From Rhodosorus marinus CCMP1338 (lineage: Eukaryota > Plantae > Rhodophyta), in contig JAMWBK010000010.1 of assembly GCA_029953675.1 (NCBI GenBank), positions 1,550,001 through 1,614,000 of the forward strand: a DNA stretch of 64,000 bases, in the 5' to 3' direction. A program made the position numbers and the translations under genes. The notes below the pieces were generated by a model, which was not told the origin of the DNA, ran no database searches, and worked only from the letters and a program-made list of their open reading frames with translations. This document shows positions 1 to 12,629 of the stretch, in pieces (position 1 is the first letter of the stretch; each line of letters begins with the position of its first letter).

Positions 1-866
1 TGGAAGTAGACTCTTCAAAGAGAGTTGAAGAGTACGAATGCTTGGCTAGAGACACGGAGTGGATGCTGGAACAAGCTGGGGTTGAGGTGCAGGTGGAATC
101 GTCCTTAGGAGGAGTTGCGTCAATCGTTGGAGCGGGCTCCTCAACGGCCCCACATATCCTGGCTGAACTTTCAGCGCTGTTCCAGAAGAACCTAATTGCA
201 GAACGAATCTTGCAGGATTCACGACGACGTGTGGCGGAGTTCGAAGATGAAATACGGACATGCGCTCTGGAAAGTGCTAGGGTGAGAGGCAAACCCAACG
301 CTATCCAGGGTATACGAGGATTTTTGCCCGTCCGTTCCGTGTTGGGGTTTGAGCAATTAATTTCTCCGACTTCCTATTTTCGTCATAGGTGACCGCGGCT
401 CGCACGGAACTCCAGCGAACCAGGGCGGAGGTAATCAGAGGCACCCTTGAAAGGAAGAACAAAGCAGCAACGCTTCGACTGAAGACTTTGGAGTATCAAA
501 AAGTTTGCAAGCAAGCCAAATCCTCAGTTCTATCTTCTGGGGTAAATACGGATCTCACTCACGAGGCTGTGCTGAGTGTGAGCGAGGAGGTGCTCCAATG
601 TGAGCGAGATGTTCAGGAGTATCGTCAGCTGGCGAATGCCTACCTCAACCTCCCACCAGTAAGTATTGCCAATCAACCCCAAACTATGGGTTTTCAAGCC
701 AGGACCTCGTTTTTGCGTCGCACACGGCCTCTCTTTTGTTGCTTGGAACCACCTTCTGCGAGGTAATTTTCTGAAACGAAACTTTGAGCAGGATCTCATT
801 CTCGCCAAACAAAAATTGGCGGAGAAGAAAAGAGTACGTACCGACACTCTTCAACTGCCAACTTGA
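1..866 (+). CDS. HAUS1: HAUS augmin-like complex subunit 1 (5' partial; introns 282-388 and 659-791)
   Basis: Frame open from position 3. Splicing the two GT-AG introns gives ...VEEYECLARDTEWMLEQAG...coiled coil...AYLNLPP|DLILAKQKLAEKKR*, resembling the HAUS1/AUG1 EY..EA..L..IL...G and Y.DLPPD..LA..K+EEK+R motifs. Confidence 0.7.
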
Positions 867-3800
867 GGCAGCTCTTCTCAAAAACCAATCACTACTCCTA
901 AACTCAGGAATGCAAGGAGCTGGAGCAAGAAGTTGCGCGGTTGATGAATGGTGTCACCCTAGGCGGCACTTGCGCCTAGCCTGGACTATACCCAAATAGC
1001 TGAAAAAGCGCTCATCCTTAGTGAAATCTATAGTAGCCACGCTCGTGTATTGAAGTGTGAAACTGATATTAATTCAGTCTATTATATCACTAGTTTAGCG
1101 CATTTGTTGTAAATAGTAAATGATATTCGTACGTATCGAGCAGAGAACAAATCCTAGCCAACCTTGTCGCAGCCCTAGGGCATCCCCCAAAATGACAACC
1201 CAATTGAAGAATAGTGTAGATTTCAACGTTTTTGATGCCTCGTTGGCCGTTGGCCCATTGGCAGGCCATATCAGCGATTCCAACCGGATCAACCAGAATA
1301 ACAGAATAATCTAAACGAAGCTACCCTGAAACCCTTTTGCTTTCCTCATCTCCCAATCAGCGAGGCTTGTAGGCGCAGAGCTGCGTCTGACGAGGTTTGT
1401 GGAGCTGCTGCTTCTCTGGTGATACACGGGTCCGCATAATAATGAATTTCAGTTCAATAATTCATTTTCAATGGGGGCATTCAACTTATTTTCATCATAC
1501 GAATTACCTTCAATATATTTGCATTGTAGTTGTCTTAAACGGTATCGTATTGCGGCAACCTTTTCATGAGTATGAAAGATAGGCTAATTGAGCTCAGGGC
1601 CTAGAGGCTGCCTCAAAAATCAAAAGGGGTGACCTCTCTAATTTTTTTAATGCGGATTGAAGTAGCATGCCCCCAATGCCCCATTCCCGGGGGCCGACCG
1701 TATCATAATATATACTTCTGCTTTGAAATGGGGTGGAATAGGGGGATGGCAGCAGTGCTATTTCTGTTTGTCGGGGCGGGTTGCCAAGCATGTCGGTGCT
1801 CCTGACGTCATGTTAACGGATCCTCTTTGAGGGTGCTTGCCCTTGTTCTGCTCTTCTTGGCCGAGGTTAGGCAAGTAGTCTCTCTGTTGCGTTGAGGGCT
1901 CTGCGTAACATCTGTCATCGTCAGACACGGCAATTTAAGGGCAGGGCGCACCTCCGGCTGTTGATGAGGTCCTTCCAATAGACCTGACAGTGGCGATTTC
2001 TGCTTCACCTATGAAATTCTTGGATGGTCTCCTGCTGCCTGACTAGTCGGCGTTCGAGATCGATTCCAATGTGGTTGAAGTAGAACTTTCACCTATCTAT
2101 CTTCAGTGGCCTGAACCGCTCACTTCTCGAACTCCTCCGCGCTCAGAGGACATTAGCCCATGTTGCTGCCGGCATCGTGTTCTGTTTCAACTGAGCGCTC
2201 ATCCGTGCAAGTTTATCAGAAAAACCGATTTTGTTCGGAACCCGAAGGGAAATACTGAATGCTGTATTTCGGTTAAAAGCAATCGTTCGTAGTTGGTAGT
2301 GTGCAGAAAACCAACTCCCGCAACTAGCTTTTTACTAAGAGAGTTCGAAGAGAAAACCACTGCAGAAAATTTCCTCGCTCAGCGTTGACTTGCTCATATT
2401 TCCGTTCAGGGTGGGTGCTTTATGTGTCTGCGTTTTGATCGATCTCCGAGCTGGAAAGGTCCTTGCGAGGTTTTGAACACACCCTCTTCGGAGTAGCACA
2501 CGTTGTTTTGAATGTTTGCTCGACTTAAGTTCTCCGCGTCCCGTGCGTGGATAGCAGGTGGGCATTCGATGCTTCGGACAGGTGGTGTATCTTATCCGTT
2601 ATGAGGCTTTGAATGTATGGATTTCCGCAAAGCCAGGAGTCACGATTGCCACTGGCTGGGTACGCAGGTCGCCGAGTCAGGTAAAGTTTCCGAATCACTT
2701 GTCCACTTCTCGCTAGACCAAAACTCGTGTATATTTAGGAATGGTCATGTCTCGACCAATCGTTATCATTGACTCCGAAATCCGCCCTCAAAGCCATATA
2801 CTGTCTTAAAAACGCGTATCAAAATTTCGCAGAACGAGAGAGCTTGAAAGTCTTCACGGAACCACTCGTAAAATGTGCGCAGAACGCTCGGGACAGTCTG
2901 AAGGAGTGCTGAATTCAGAGCAGGGCGGGGGATACCCGTGGATAGGGCAAAAATCAGTTCGCACCACGCTCTAAGAAAGTACCATTTTCTCCTTCAAATG
3001 CATCTCTGTCACGAAGATCCCAAAACTTGAGTAAAGGCTTTGAGGAGAATAGTTGCAAACAGGATTGCCCACAGCGGGAAAGAGACTCCTATCTTTTTCC
3101 TGAGGCTGTTGCTATCAAATGATCTATACGCGGCTGACCCAGCAGCCCGATTGAATGGCAATGGCATGTACGCCATATCAAATCGGAGGGACGGGACGGT
3201 AGGTCGTCTAAGCCGGTACCGGCTAGGATATCTTGGCTTCCTGGCTTGCAACCTGGACGAAACAAGTGTGCAACCAGAACAAGGACTCTTCCCCAAGAAA
3301 AAATTTCATGAATTTACCCCGCCGGATACTATTGGTTCAAAATCTGACCGGGAAGTATTAGACGAATAAAAAGCGAGTATCTGCAACAAATCCAAATAAC
3401 TCTAAAAAAGGAATATGTATGGGCCTGATCGATTAACCTAATGATCGCCCTCGACCCCTCCATAAAAACACCCTCCAAAACTATACAATTTATTTAATCG
3501 ATTTTCATTAAACAGATATTGATTTTAGAAAACGTTTTGTGGTTTGATCCAGTCTGCGCATGGAGGCGAGGCCTGGGAATAGTTACATAATGTTAAAAAG
3601 GTTTGCCGTATGTGTATATGTATATGGAACGATCCTATTCTCTACGTTTTTTTCGTGGAATTTTTTTCCTGCAATTGGTGTGAGTACACAAGGGGTGGAC
3701 GCGATATTGATTTCTTTTCAAGACATCCATTTTTAAAAAGAGGGACGGGGTTAGTTTTTGACCCCGTTTCGTGGGTTCCATACAAAAGACATGGGGATCA

Positions 3801-4534
3801 TAGCACCAAGCATCAATTGCGGTCCACCAGCGCCGGAAACGGAAATTGGAACGATTCGTGTAGGGGGGGGAGTAGCTATGACTTTCCTCTACTGGAAGAT
3901 TTTACAATTTGCGATATTTCTTTGTTAATTGTTGATTTGCTGTAGTCCTTGTTTGAAATTGTATTTTTCAATAACGGAGATATTTTCTGGGCTTAATATT
4001 GTCACGATCGTGAAAAATAGTGAAAAACCAGAGACACACGATGTGTCAGAAAGAGCCAGTTTGTTGTCAGTTTTTCTGGAAAACACAATAATGGGGTTTG
4101 CAAGTAAAGAGCTCTTTTTTAGGGTAAAGAAGAGTCCAAGTGTTTGTTTCCTTTAGTTTTTGCAGAACTAGGCGGGGCTGAGTGTTGTATTTCATATTAT
4201 TTTCGACTGGTTTTGTCTCGTATACAACTGGTGGCTTTTTTACTGGCCTCGTCGGTGAAGGTGGAGACCAGATTTATTTTGGGGTTTCTAGCATTTTCTG
4301 TAGACATTATGATGAGGTTTGCTGGCAACAGTATGTGATATAAGTGTGAAGACTGGACGACGTAGACAGATCAAATGGGAAGCTCAGACCTGGAACAAAA
4401 AAGCATCCCAGTATTGGAGAGATCTAACTTGGGCGGGATGAATAAGATGACAAGGACTTGATGTACTGCCGGTGAAGTGGAGAGTTGAGACTACTGAAGG
4501 GGTTTGGTATCGTGAGAGAAGGAACAGGAGCAAT

Positions 4535-5071
4535 ATGGAGGTTTTGAGGATGGCTTTTGGCTTTGCCGACAGCAGTGTCACCTATGAACCAAAGGATGAA
4601 CCTAGAATCACACCCGTCGTTTCTGCAGTGGTAGAGTATCTGAGCTCGATGTGCGCAAGGGATGGATCTGTGGTTCTTCCTGATGAGGGAAGCAGGGAGT
4701 ACGAGTTTTACGTATTTGAGAGCATTACTGAGGAGGAAATGATGGAATACCTCGAGAAACTGCTGAACGTGTACAGCTGCAGCGAATCTGAGCTAATTAT
4801 GGCTCTCGCATACCTGCATCGGTCCGAGCAGGCTAATCTAGGACTCAAGGTCAACCTGTTTAACGTGAAACTGCTTTTCACCATCGCCTTTACGCTGGCT
4901 GTTAAGTTCAATGAAGACCTTGTGTACTCAAACGGCTACTACTCACAACAGAGTGGGTTGCCTCTTGATGTGCTGAACAGGTTGGAGTTTTGCCTGTTTC
5001 AAAGCGTTGGATATCACCTTAACGTAACTCCGGAGGAATTTGAGCAGTTGCAAAACTGTGTTTTCGCGTAG
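4535..5071 (+). CDS. PHO80/U(P)-type cyclin, intronless
   Basis: ORF 4472..5071, first ATG at 4535. Motifs EYLEKLLNVYSCSESELIMALAYLHR, NLFNVKLLF, AVKFNEDLVYSNGYYSQQSGL, LNRLE match the PHO80/CYCU cyclin box. Confidence 0.9.
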   Translation: MEVLRMAFGFADSSVTYEPKDEPRITPVVSAVVEYLSSMCARDGSVVLPDEGSREYEFYVFESITEEEMMEYLEKLLNVYSCSESELIMALAYLHRSEQANLGLKVNLFNVKLLFTIAFTLAVKFNEDLVYSNGYYSQQSGLPLDVLNRLEFCLFQSVGYHLNVTPEEFEQLQNCVFA

Positions 5072-5387
5072 TATGCGCGTTTGTAAAACTAGGCAGGGTA
5101 CTAATGTATTTATCATATTACTAAAGAAATAATTAACTTTTTTGATTGAAACAATGACCCTTGGTGAGCCGGGTTCGGTCGACTGGAAGCTCTCAACAGG
5201 CGTAATCGAGGTACCTTACGGTACACGAACGCCCGCGCCTTGCACAGGCTCTAGGAGCACGCACATTGTGATTCTGGGCCCATACAGTTTGGGATGTGAT
5301 GAGAAACTTAAGGATGATATAAACAAGTCACGACTTCACAAGCTTTAATGATAGATAGTTAATTCTAAACAATGACGTTAGCACAAG

Positions 5388-5975
5388 TTATACCATGGCA
5401 ACAGCGAGATACTCATTTGCGTCTACATACATTCGAAAATCCAGTTCGTTGAGAACCGTTCTCTCGAGGTGATTGAGCAGTTTCAAGTCTAGACCTGAAA
5501 CTTCTGCGTAGTACGAATTTCGGTAGATTTCGTCCTCTGCAAATTTGCAGGCGACGAGAATGGAGGCGGTGAACAGTCTCAACACGTTGAACTTATTCAC
5601 AAGAAGATATCTATTGCTTCTCTCCAGACGGTTCATGTAGATAAGCGCCATCAGAAACACGGCATCTGAGCACATGAACTTTGACACCGAGGTCTCGACG
5701 ACGGCTCGTATCGTGCTCCTGTCCTGTGGGCTCGAACCCAAGTTGGAGTAGAACATGCACTCATCCATTCCCTGGGTTGGGATATAAATACAACTTCTCC
5801 TCTGCACAAGCGCATTCAGGGTTTCCACCAATGCATCGATAAGCTCCCTCTTCGCCTCCAGCGCTCGGTCATTCCTTCCCGCCGGAACAACCGCCCGTAC
5901 ATCCGGGCACTTGCCCCCATCGGAATCAGAAAAGAAATCAGCGAAACTGTCAAATAACTCCAATATCACAGCCAT
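5388..5975 (-). CDS. PHO80/U(P)-type cyclin, intronless
   Basis: Motifs KFMCSDAVFLMALIYMNRL, VNKFNVLRLFTASILVACKFAEDEIYRNSYYAEVSGL, LNHLERTVLNELDFRMYV are typical of CYCU/PHO80. Confidence 0.93.
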   Translation of the reverse strand: MAVILELFDSFADFFSDSDGGKCPDVRAVVPAGRNDRALEAKRELIDALVETLNALVQRRSCIYIPTQGMDECMFYSNLGSSPQDRSTIRAVVETSVSKFMCSDAVFLMALIYMNRLERSNRYLLVNKFNVLRLFTASILVACKFAEDEIYRNSYYAEVSGLDLKLLNHLERTVLNELDFRMYVDANEYLAVAMV

Positions 5976-6999
5976 TCACAAGACAAACAAACAAACAGCG
6001 GTAAAACAGATCAGTCTAGCCTTGTCTTCGCGTCACAACTCCTATGTGACAGAACAGTTGATATTCCCCACCCTCCACCTTCGACCATTATGGCTTTCCG
6101 TCTCCCTCCCGTGCCCCTTTAACACTCACCAGCTGAGTCCCGTTTATCAAATGACGCCATTCTTACACGCCCACTACGCGTTTCTTATTTCCTACACAGG
6201 CTCGCGCTCTCGTAGTCTTATTGAATTTTCGTAGTTATTGCAGGTATCCTATCGAGATTCAACGCTCGATCTTGACTTGTCAACGACGAGAATTTGTTAG
6301 AAAATACACAGCCCTGACTTTCATCATTTCGTTGAGAACGCATGCAGTAGTGCTCAAGCGTTCTTCCAGCCCCCTTCTAGGGAAGAGCACCGGACACTGC
6401 GACCTTAGAATACCCACCCAAAAAGTTTGCTTGGTGGTGGATGCATCTTGTTTTATATTATTGTCGAAGAAATAATCGATATCGTGGTGGAAACTGGTAA
6501 ATCGCTTGAACCCCTTTCCAGAATCGAATTTTTCTTCAGGCATCGGCTTCCTTCCATTCATTGCTTCATATACCTTGCATCAATTTTCTATCATAATTCA
6601 AACTTCTTTCGACACTCGGAATTTGAATTTAATTTTATCGTGCAATTTATCTCCTGTAGTAGACTTTGGTTGGTGAATGGGTGGCCGGGGTTAAGCCAAT
6701 CGCTATGAAGTTCCTTCTAGGAATCCATTCCCCCATCAGCAGTTTTTATCTATTTATATTACTTTTTGAAGGATTTCGTGCTGGGGACGGGGCCTCTCCT
6801 GAAAAGGTTGAAGGCGCGATCACAGTAAAAAAAGATCTTCCCGTCTTTCACAACTTTTTTTTATAGGAAAACTCGGTTTAAGATCCCGCACGTCGGTGAG
6901 TGCGAAATTCGAACCGTGAGAAAAGGGCCGTGGAAGATCTGGAGCGCGGCAACTACAGATTGTCGATGCGGAGGCTGAACATGGATATTCGGTAATCTT

Positions 7000-8220
7000 C
7001 CTCGACTATAGTGTTCCTAGAACATAGGCGAGGATATTTGCTTCCGAGCTAAGCTGCACATCGTGTCTGAACCAAGCCCGTGGTCAGATTACAAGGACTA
7101 TAGCCAGTTTGGGCGGGTTGGCCAATATTCTTGTCTGAGTGGGCTAGTGGATATTGCTATACTGTTGAAGACTGGTTACTCAATTGGACGTCGGCTTCCC
7201 ATACTGAGTACGGTCTGATTCACGGGTAGTTGGTGAGGTGCAAAGAAAACTATTTTCGGGTAAAAAACTCCTGGGCGCTCTTTTTCGCGGGTGAAGCACC
7301 ACGGCATGGACAGGTCCAAATCCGAGAACCTCGGCAAATCCTTTTTGACCAATACGTCCTTGCTCGAAAAACTCCGGGCGCCAGCGTGCAGATTTTCGCG
7401 TTTAGCAGAGAAAACCTTGTACGCGGAGCCTCGTATGAGCAGGGTTCGCGCTACCATGCGGTACTATCCGAAGGAGATCCTCCAGTTCAGAATTTTGCTC
7501 CGTCAACCCCGAAGATTTTCGGCCTAACTCAGTTTGGGAACCAAACTGCAGGAAGTAGTATCGTGTGCGCGGGATGCGCTCTCACCAGGTACTCTTCCTC
7601 ACTAGTTGTCCAGCTGAATTCAGTGACAGGGGGCCTGGTACTAAATTCCCAATGACAGTCATGGTAGACAGAAGATCTTGGGCTTTTGATGCTCGTAGAT
7701 ATACTTTTTCGAAAGAAAAAGTACACCATATGTATGACACTTGCCACTATTTCTATGCTTCGAATAATCCTTCCCCCGTCCCACCCAAATGTTCGTATTT
7801 TGCAAATTATTGAATTGCATACTCAAGAATTTTCACAAAATTGAAGCGGATTTTCACATTATTTGTAATGAACATTGGTGTCGATTTGAGGGGTGGTTTC
7901 ATCGCATGAGGGAGGCGGCTGACACCTGGGTTCGTACAAGAAACAACATCTTCCACGAACATGTTCCAGCTCTGAATAACACCTTTTACAAACTGAACCC
8001 AAAACTGCATTTCAATTCTGATCAAATGAAAACTCGTAAGAGGGACTCTGGATGGGTTTGAACTATGAGGCGAGAGGTATATACTAGAAGCGAAGATCGA
8101 ATGCAAGGAGGGAGGGGGAGAGTAGCATAGGAAATCCTTTTCGTAAGGAGTTGCGGTGCCGTTTGTAAGGGCTCTGCTTGTCCCCATGCTTTTCGGCATA
8201 TACCTGGAGTTGCTGACGGT
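7000..8220 (+). mobile_element. Probable decayed Mutator-like (MULE) transposase
   Basis: Stop- and frameshift-riddled frames carry, in MULE order: DSHGRQKILGF (~7654), HIICNEHW (CxxH, ~7855-7875), WVRTRNN (~7930) and SCGAVCKGSACPH (SWIM-like, 8149-8187). Confidence 0.4.
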
Positions 8221-10022
8221 TGATCGGGCATTGATTCATCTGCTACTACTTGAGCATCGGAAATCGGGTGGAATATTTAGCATCTAGCAAGGGCTCTTGC
8301 AAATGAGGAGCAAGGAGGCATTGGGCTTAGGGGTTCAACCTAGAGGTTGACGACGAAGCATAGTGAGCAGTGATTTTTAGGAACAAGTGGGTTTCTCTTG
8401 TGTGATATTCCGTGTTGTCCGAAATGATTCAAGGACTATAGCAGGTAGACTAGGCATCGCCGCCCAATGAGACACCCGTGCCCTGCCGAGAAGGATATTG
8501 AGAAGTAGAGCTACCGAGTGGATTGTACTTTACATGCTAGATCGCGGACGTAGTATTGATTGTTTTTGCAACACGTTTAGAGATACCCTGCGGATTTGCT
8601 GAGAACGGGTGCTCTTTGCTCGCGAGTCGCTGCTCCCGCCATGCGTCAATCCTCACCCGTGTATACTGATAAAACCAGAACTCAGCTTTGGCAAGGCCTC
8701 GAACCGAAGCGGGGGCCCCGCGACAAGAAGTTTCGAGGGGATTCTATCTTCGGTTGGAACTTTCCCAGGGCTTAACAAACCGTATTGTGGCTTCCGGCTC
8801 AACAAGGTACAAGTTTACCCTTTGAAAGAGGACCTCTTGAACCTGTCCAACCATTTCTCTCAAGTGAAACTCGATTCTGTTAGAAAAAAAATGATGATGT
8901 TTCCCAATAGAGTGTGAAATAGTCTACAATCGGAACACAGCACAGGTTACAACCCGAGGTTGTACCACTGAAGTTGATCAAAGTAACTCTATTCGCTTGA
9001 GATATTGCGCAAATGTTCTGCGCGACAACCGGGTGCTGCACCTGTCATCGAGGATGTGGACCGCATCCCGTTTCGATCCTTGTGCACAAACACTATGGCT
9101 ATTCTCAGCGTTCATGAAGTACCAACCTAAATAAGCCGCCAAGAACGAAACGCCGCTATTGTGAACTTCCCACCACGAGACGCAGAGAGAACCACGGAAT
9201 CCCATCCCAAAGAGATATTGAGAAAATTGGCGAACAAGACTTATGAACAAAAGTTGTTCACAAAATATTTATTATAAAAAATTCCCTCCTGTGCCATGAT
9301 ATCGTATTTGCTTAAAAACTAAAAAATGGTACGAAATCATATTGAGAAAGAAATTTTGCTCCAGACGTCAAATCCTCGTAGTCAGTTAAGAAAAAGGACC
9401 CTTTCTGTTCTTCATTGAGATAATTCTTTGATTAATTGATTGTTTTGTAACGGAAAAGGAACGGGCATTTCTCTTCACCCAAGCACGTACCGCGGCAGAG
9501 ATGTTTAAGTGTCACCTGCTATCCCTCTCAAGAATCAAGTTGGGAGCATATGAAATATTTAAAAAATATAAATTTCCAAGGAAGGACACTGAAAAGAACT
9601 CATGATTCATCATAAACCTGCACTGTTTAGTGTGGCTGGCGAACGGATACTAAGTCGAATGCGGAGGAATTGATAAAGCGTCACATAAGAATCGTTCAGT
9701 CTATAAACCGAAGCGATAAGAGCTATTTTTATTCATAAACATTTAAAATAGGGTTTCATTATGAAATCGATTGATGGTCAGAGGTGACACTTAAGAAGAT
9801 TGCCTCAATGCGGAAGGGGGAAGCCAGGTCAGCCGATCGAACAGGAGTCGAGCTTAGTACGGGGTGCGTACGGCGCTGAGGTTTGATTTATGAGAGGCTG
9901 CGGCTAGTGGCTTGTAAACATTGAAAAGTGAGGAGCTAGTTGAAGACTGGGTGGTTGTTTCGGGGCACTCGGTAGTCAGTTTTCTTTTGCCTGTTTGCGT
10001 TTCGTTGTCGCGGATTGGTAAA

Positions 10023-11958
10023 ATGCCCGGTGAGGTTCCTTCTGCGGAGATTGTACAAGATGTGATCGATGGAACGACAACAGAAGATGCTTTCGTAGAA
10101 CCTAAGGACACTCTGGCGGAGGACATAGTGCCCCCGGACGCAACTAGTGCGCTTGATGATGCAATGCCTACAGAACTCACGGCCGACGTGAATCATCTTG
10201 AAGCCGAAGGTGGCCAAGAAGATGGCGGGGATGGCCCGGACGATGGAGACGAGACTGTTCAAACGGAATCTGCTCCTGAGCCGGCTTCGAAAGCAAAGGC
10301 GTCTAAGGTAACCGGCGAAAAAGTTGTAAATAGCAAGATTCCCATCGTTCTGTGCAAGCCTGTCACGATGACGAGCTTGGCTTGATAGAGCGCCGCACAT
10401 CTAAGCACTCTAACCTATTTTTCGTTCACGTGCTGGGGATTTTGTATTCCGTGGAAAACCGAAACGACAGTCCGTTCCCATCGTCGTCTTTGTAAACAAG
10501 AAATCCGGTGGCCAGAAAGGAGAACGCATTTTTGGCGAGTTCCTCAAGGAGCTGCCCAAGGAGCACGTCTACAGCCTCACAGAAGGTGGCTTAGACCCAG
10601 GAATTGAGTTTTGCTATTCGCATGAGACTGTTCTCGTGAATGGACACCCTGAGAAGGTGACATTGTTGATCTCGATCAAGACACCCAATTTCCGCGTTGT
10701 GTGCTAACTGCTCCGTCTCTTGCCTCACGCACATTATGATGTTTGCTTGGCTTAGGCTAGAATCGTTGTCGCTGGAGGAGACGGTACTGTCGGATGGGTT
10801 GTCAGCGGCATTGACAAGCACGGAGAGCCAGACAAGAGTTTAACTCCAGTGGCTCACCTGCCGCTGGGAACCGGAAACGACATGGCGAGAGCCACAGGAT
10901 GGGGAGGTGGATATGACGGTGGAGAAGCCAAACAAGTTATTAGTCAAGTACGTAGATGCATACCTCATCTAGAATCATGTTGTTGCGTGCTCGGCAACCT
11001 CAGAAGTTGCTTACCATCGTATATAATCGATTCTCTCGCTCAGGTGAGAAGTGCAAAACCGATGCGACTCGACCGATGGAAAATGCACATTCAGGGCAAG
11101 AACGGAACCGTGGACGGTGAAAAGCAGGACCTTATGTTCTACAACTATTTCAGCCTTGGTGCAGATGCTCACGCTGCGTACGTTTTTCATCACATGCGAG
11201 AACAGAACCCTAAAAAGTTCACGAGCCGAACTAGAAACAAGTGCGTCCCTAGTCCCTCTCCACATCGCAAGCCGTGGCTCAGCGATTCTACGATGCCCTG
11301 CTGAAAGGTCTGCGCGGTTTCTTCTTGGTGCGTCGAATAGGTACTTCTACGTGAAGGCTAGCATCCGGTCTTTCCTTGCGGGGGATCATCCTCTCGCCAA
11401 GACAACAAAGGCCACAGTCGATGACGAAACTCTTCGGTTTGGCAACTCCGTGAAGACTATAGTTGGATTGAACATCCAAAGTTATATGGGGGGATCGGAT
11501 ATATGGGGAACACAGCACTCGTATTCACCAACTTGCTGCTGTTTGCCTGCCGCCTCGGATCTGCCCGCTGGATCTATGGGTGATGGAAAACTTGATCTGA
11601 TTGGCATTCGCGGAAATTTCAAGCAGGGTTTGATCAAGGTAATGCGAAGGCTCAAGTTGGGAATTGCCTCAACACGACCTCGGCTGAGGCTCATTTTGTT
11701 CCGTTTTTGGCATGACCAGGGCTTCAATTGTACCGGCGTCAGAATGGAACAAGGGAGGAAGATGGTTTTTGACTGTGACGAACCGACGTATGTGCAGGCT
11801 GATGGAGAACCTTGGAAGGTAGCCGAGCAAGTCAAAAGAGTTTTTCCGTTTGTCTCTATGGCCCTTGCTAATCTCTATCTCAATGTTACCAGGTCGACGG
11901 TCCGTTCAAGATGACAATTGATATGGCAGAGCCCGCAACCATGCTTACAAGGGCCTGA
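10023..11958 (+). CDS. DGK: Diacylglycerol kinase (multi-exon, acidic N-terminal extension)
   Basis: PIVVFVNKKSGG (~10475), RIVVAGGDGTVGWV (~10760), HLPLGTGNDMAR, RLDRW, NYFSLGADA, LNIQSYMGG, DGKLDLIG and YVQADGEPW, i.e. DGK catalytic plus accessory domain motifs, joined by GT-AG introns. Stop TGA at 11956-11958. Confidence 0.95.
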
Positions 11959-12629
11959 ACCCAAAAGCTCGGATACTGACCGAGCGGGAGCGTATCTGCC
12001 CAGGATAAAAGTTTCAGCCTGAAAACTGGAAACCCGGTCAAATCGTTTCTTTTTTTCGTTGTGCACGACAAAGGTTTGTGCCCTCTTTGATCTGTGTAGC
12101 TTGATCACTGTAAACTATGAGCGCACAACGCGTTCTTGAGCAACTCGCGTGAGAGGAAGGCTTGGATCATTTGTAACTGAGAGTTACAGGACCCAACCCG
12201 CGAAAAGTAGCTTCATTTTAAGTGCAGAATAATACAGGCAGCCCCAGAGACTGACTCCTCCAGGGCCAGTCCAAGTCGCAACCAACACCTTCATTTTGAA
12301 ACAGGACCGTTGTTCCAGCAGTCCATTTTCTTGCATTGAGCCCTGCCCTTGGCATTCGGCCGCATCCGTGGACTTGGCCTGACAACTAGTGTCCCAAAAA
12401 AGTGCATTTTGTGATGACAAGAGAGAGACTGTCTGTCATTCCTCAGCTGGAGCAACATTTGAGAGCATTTCCACTGGTTTCCTGTGCAGCTTCGTATCGA
12501 AATTGATGAAAGATCGTCCATGCATAACATCACCTGCATACTCCGCTTCGGCAGACGTGACTGAGCGAGAAGCGTTTCGAGTTCCTCTGCAGCCTTTTGC
12601 AATTGACAAAGTAGAAGACGGAGAGGAAG

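Noticed and set aside
3843-3855. AAATTGGAACGAT matches part of U6 snRNA
   Set aside because: The invariant ACAGAGA box and downstream U6 sequence are absent, so this is a chance 13-mer.
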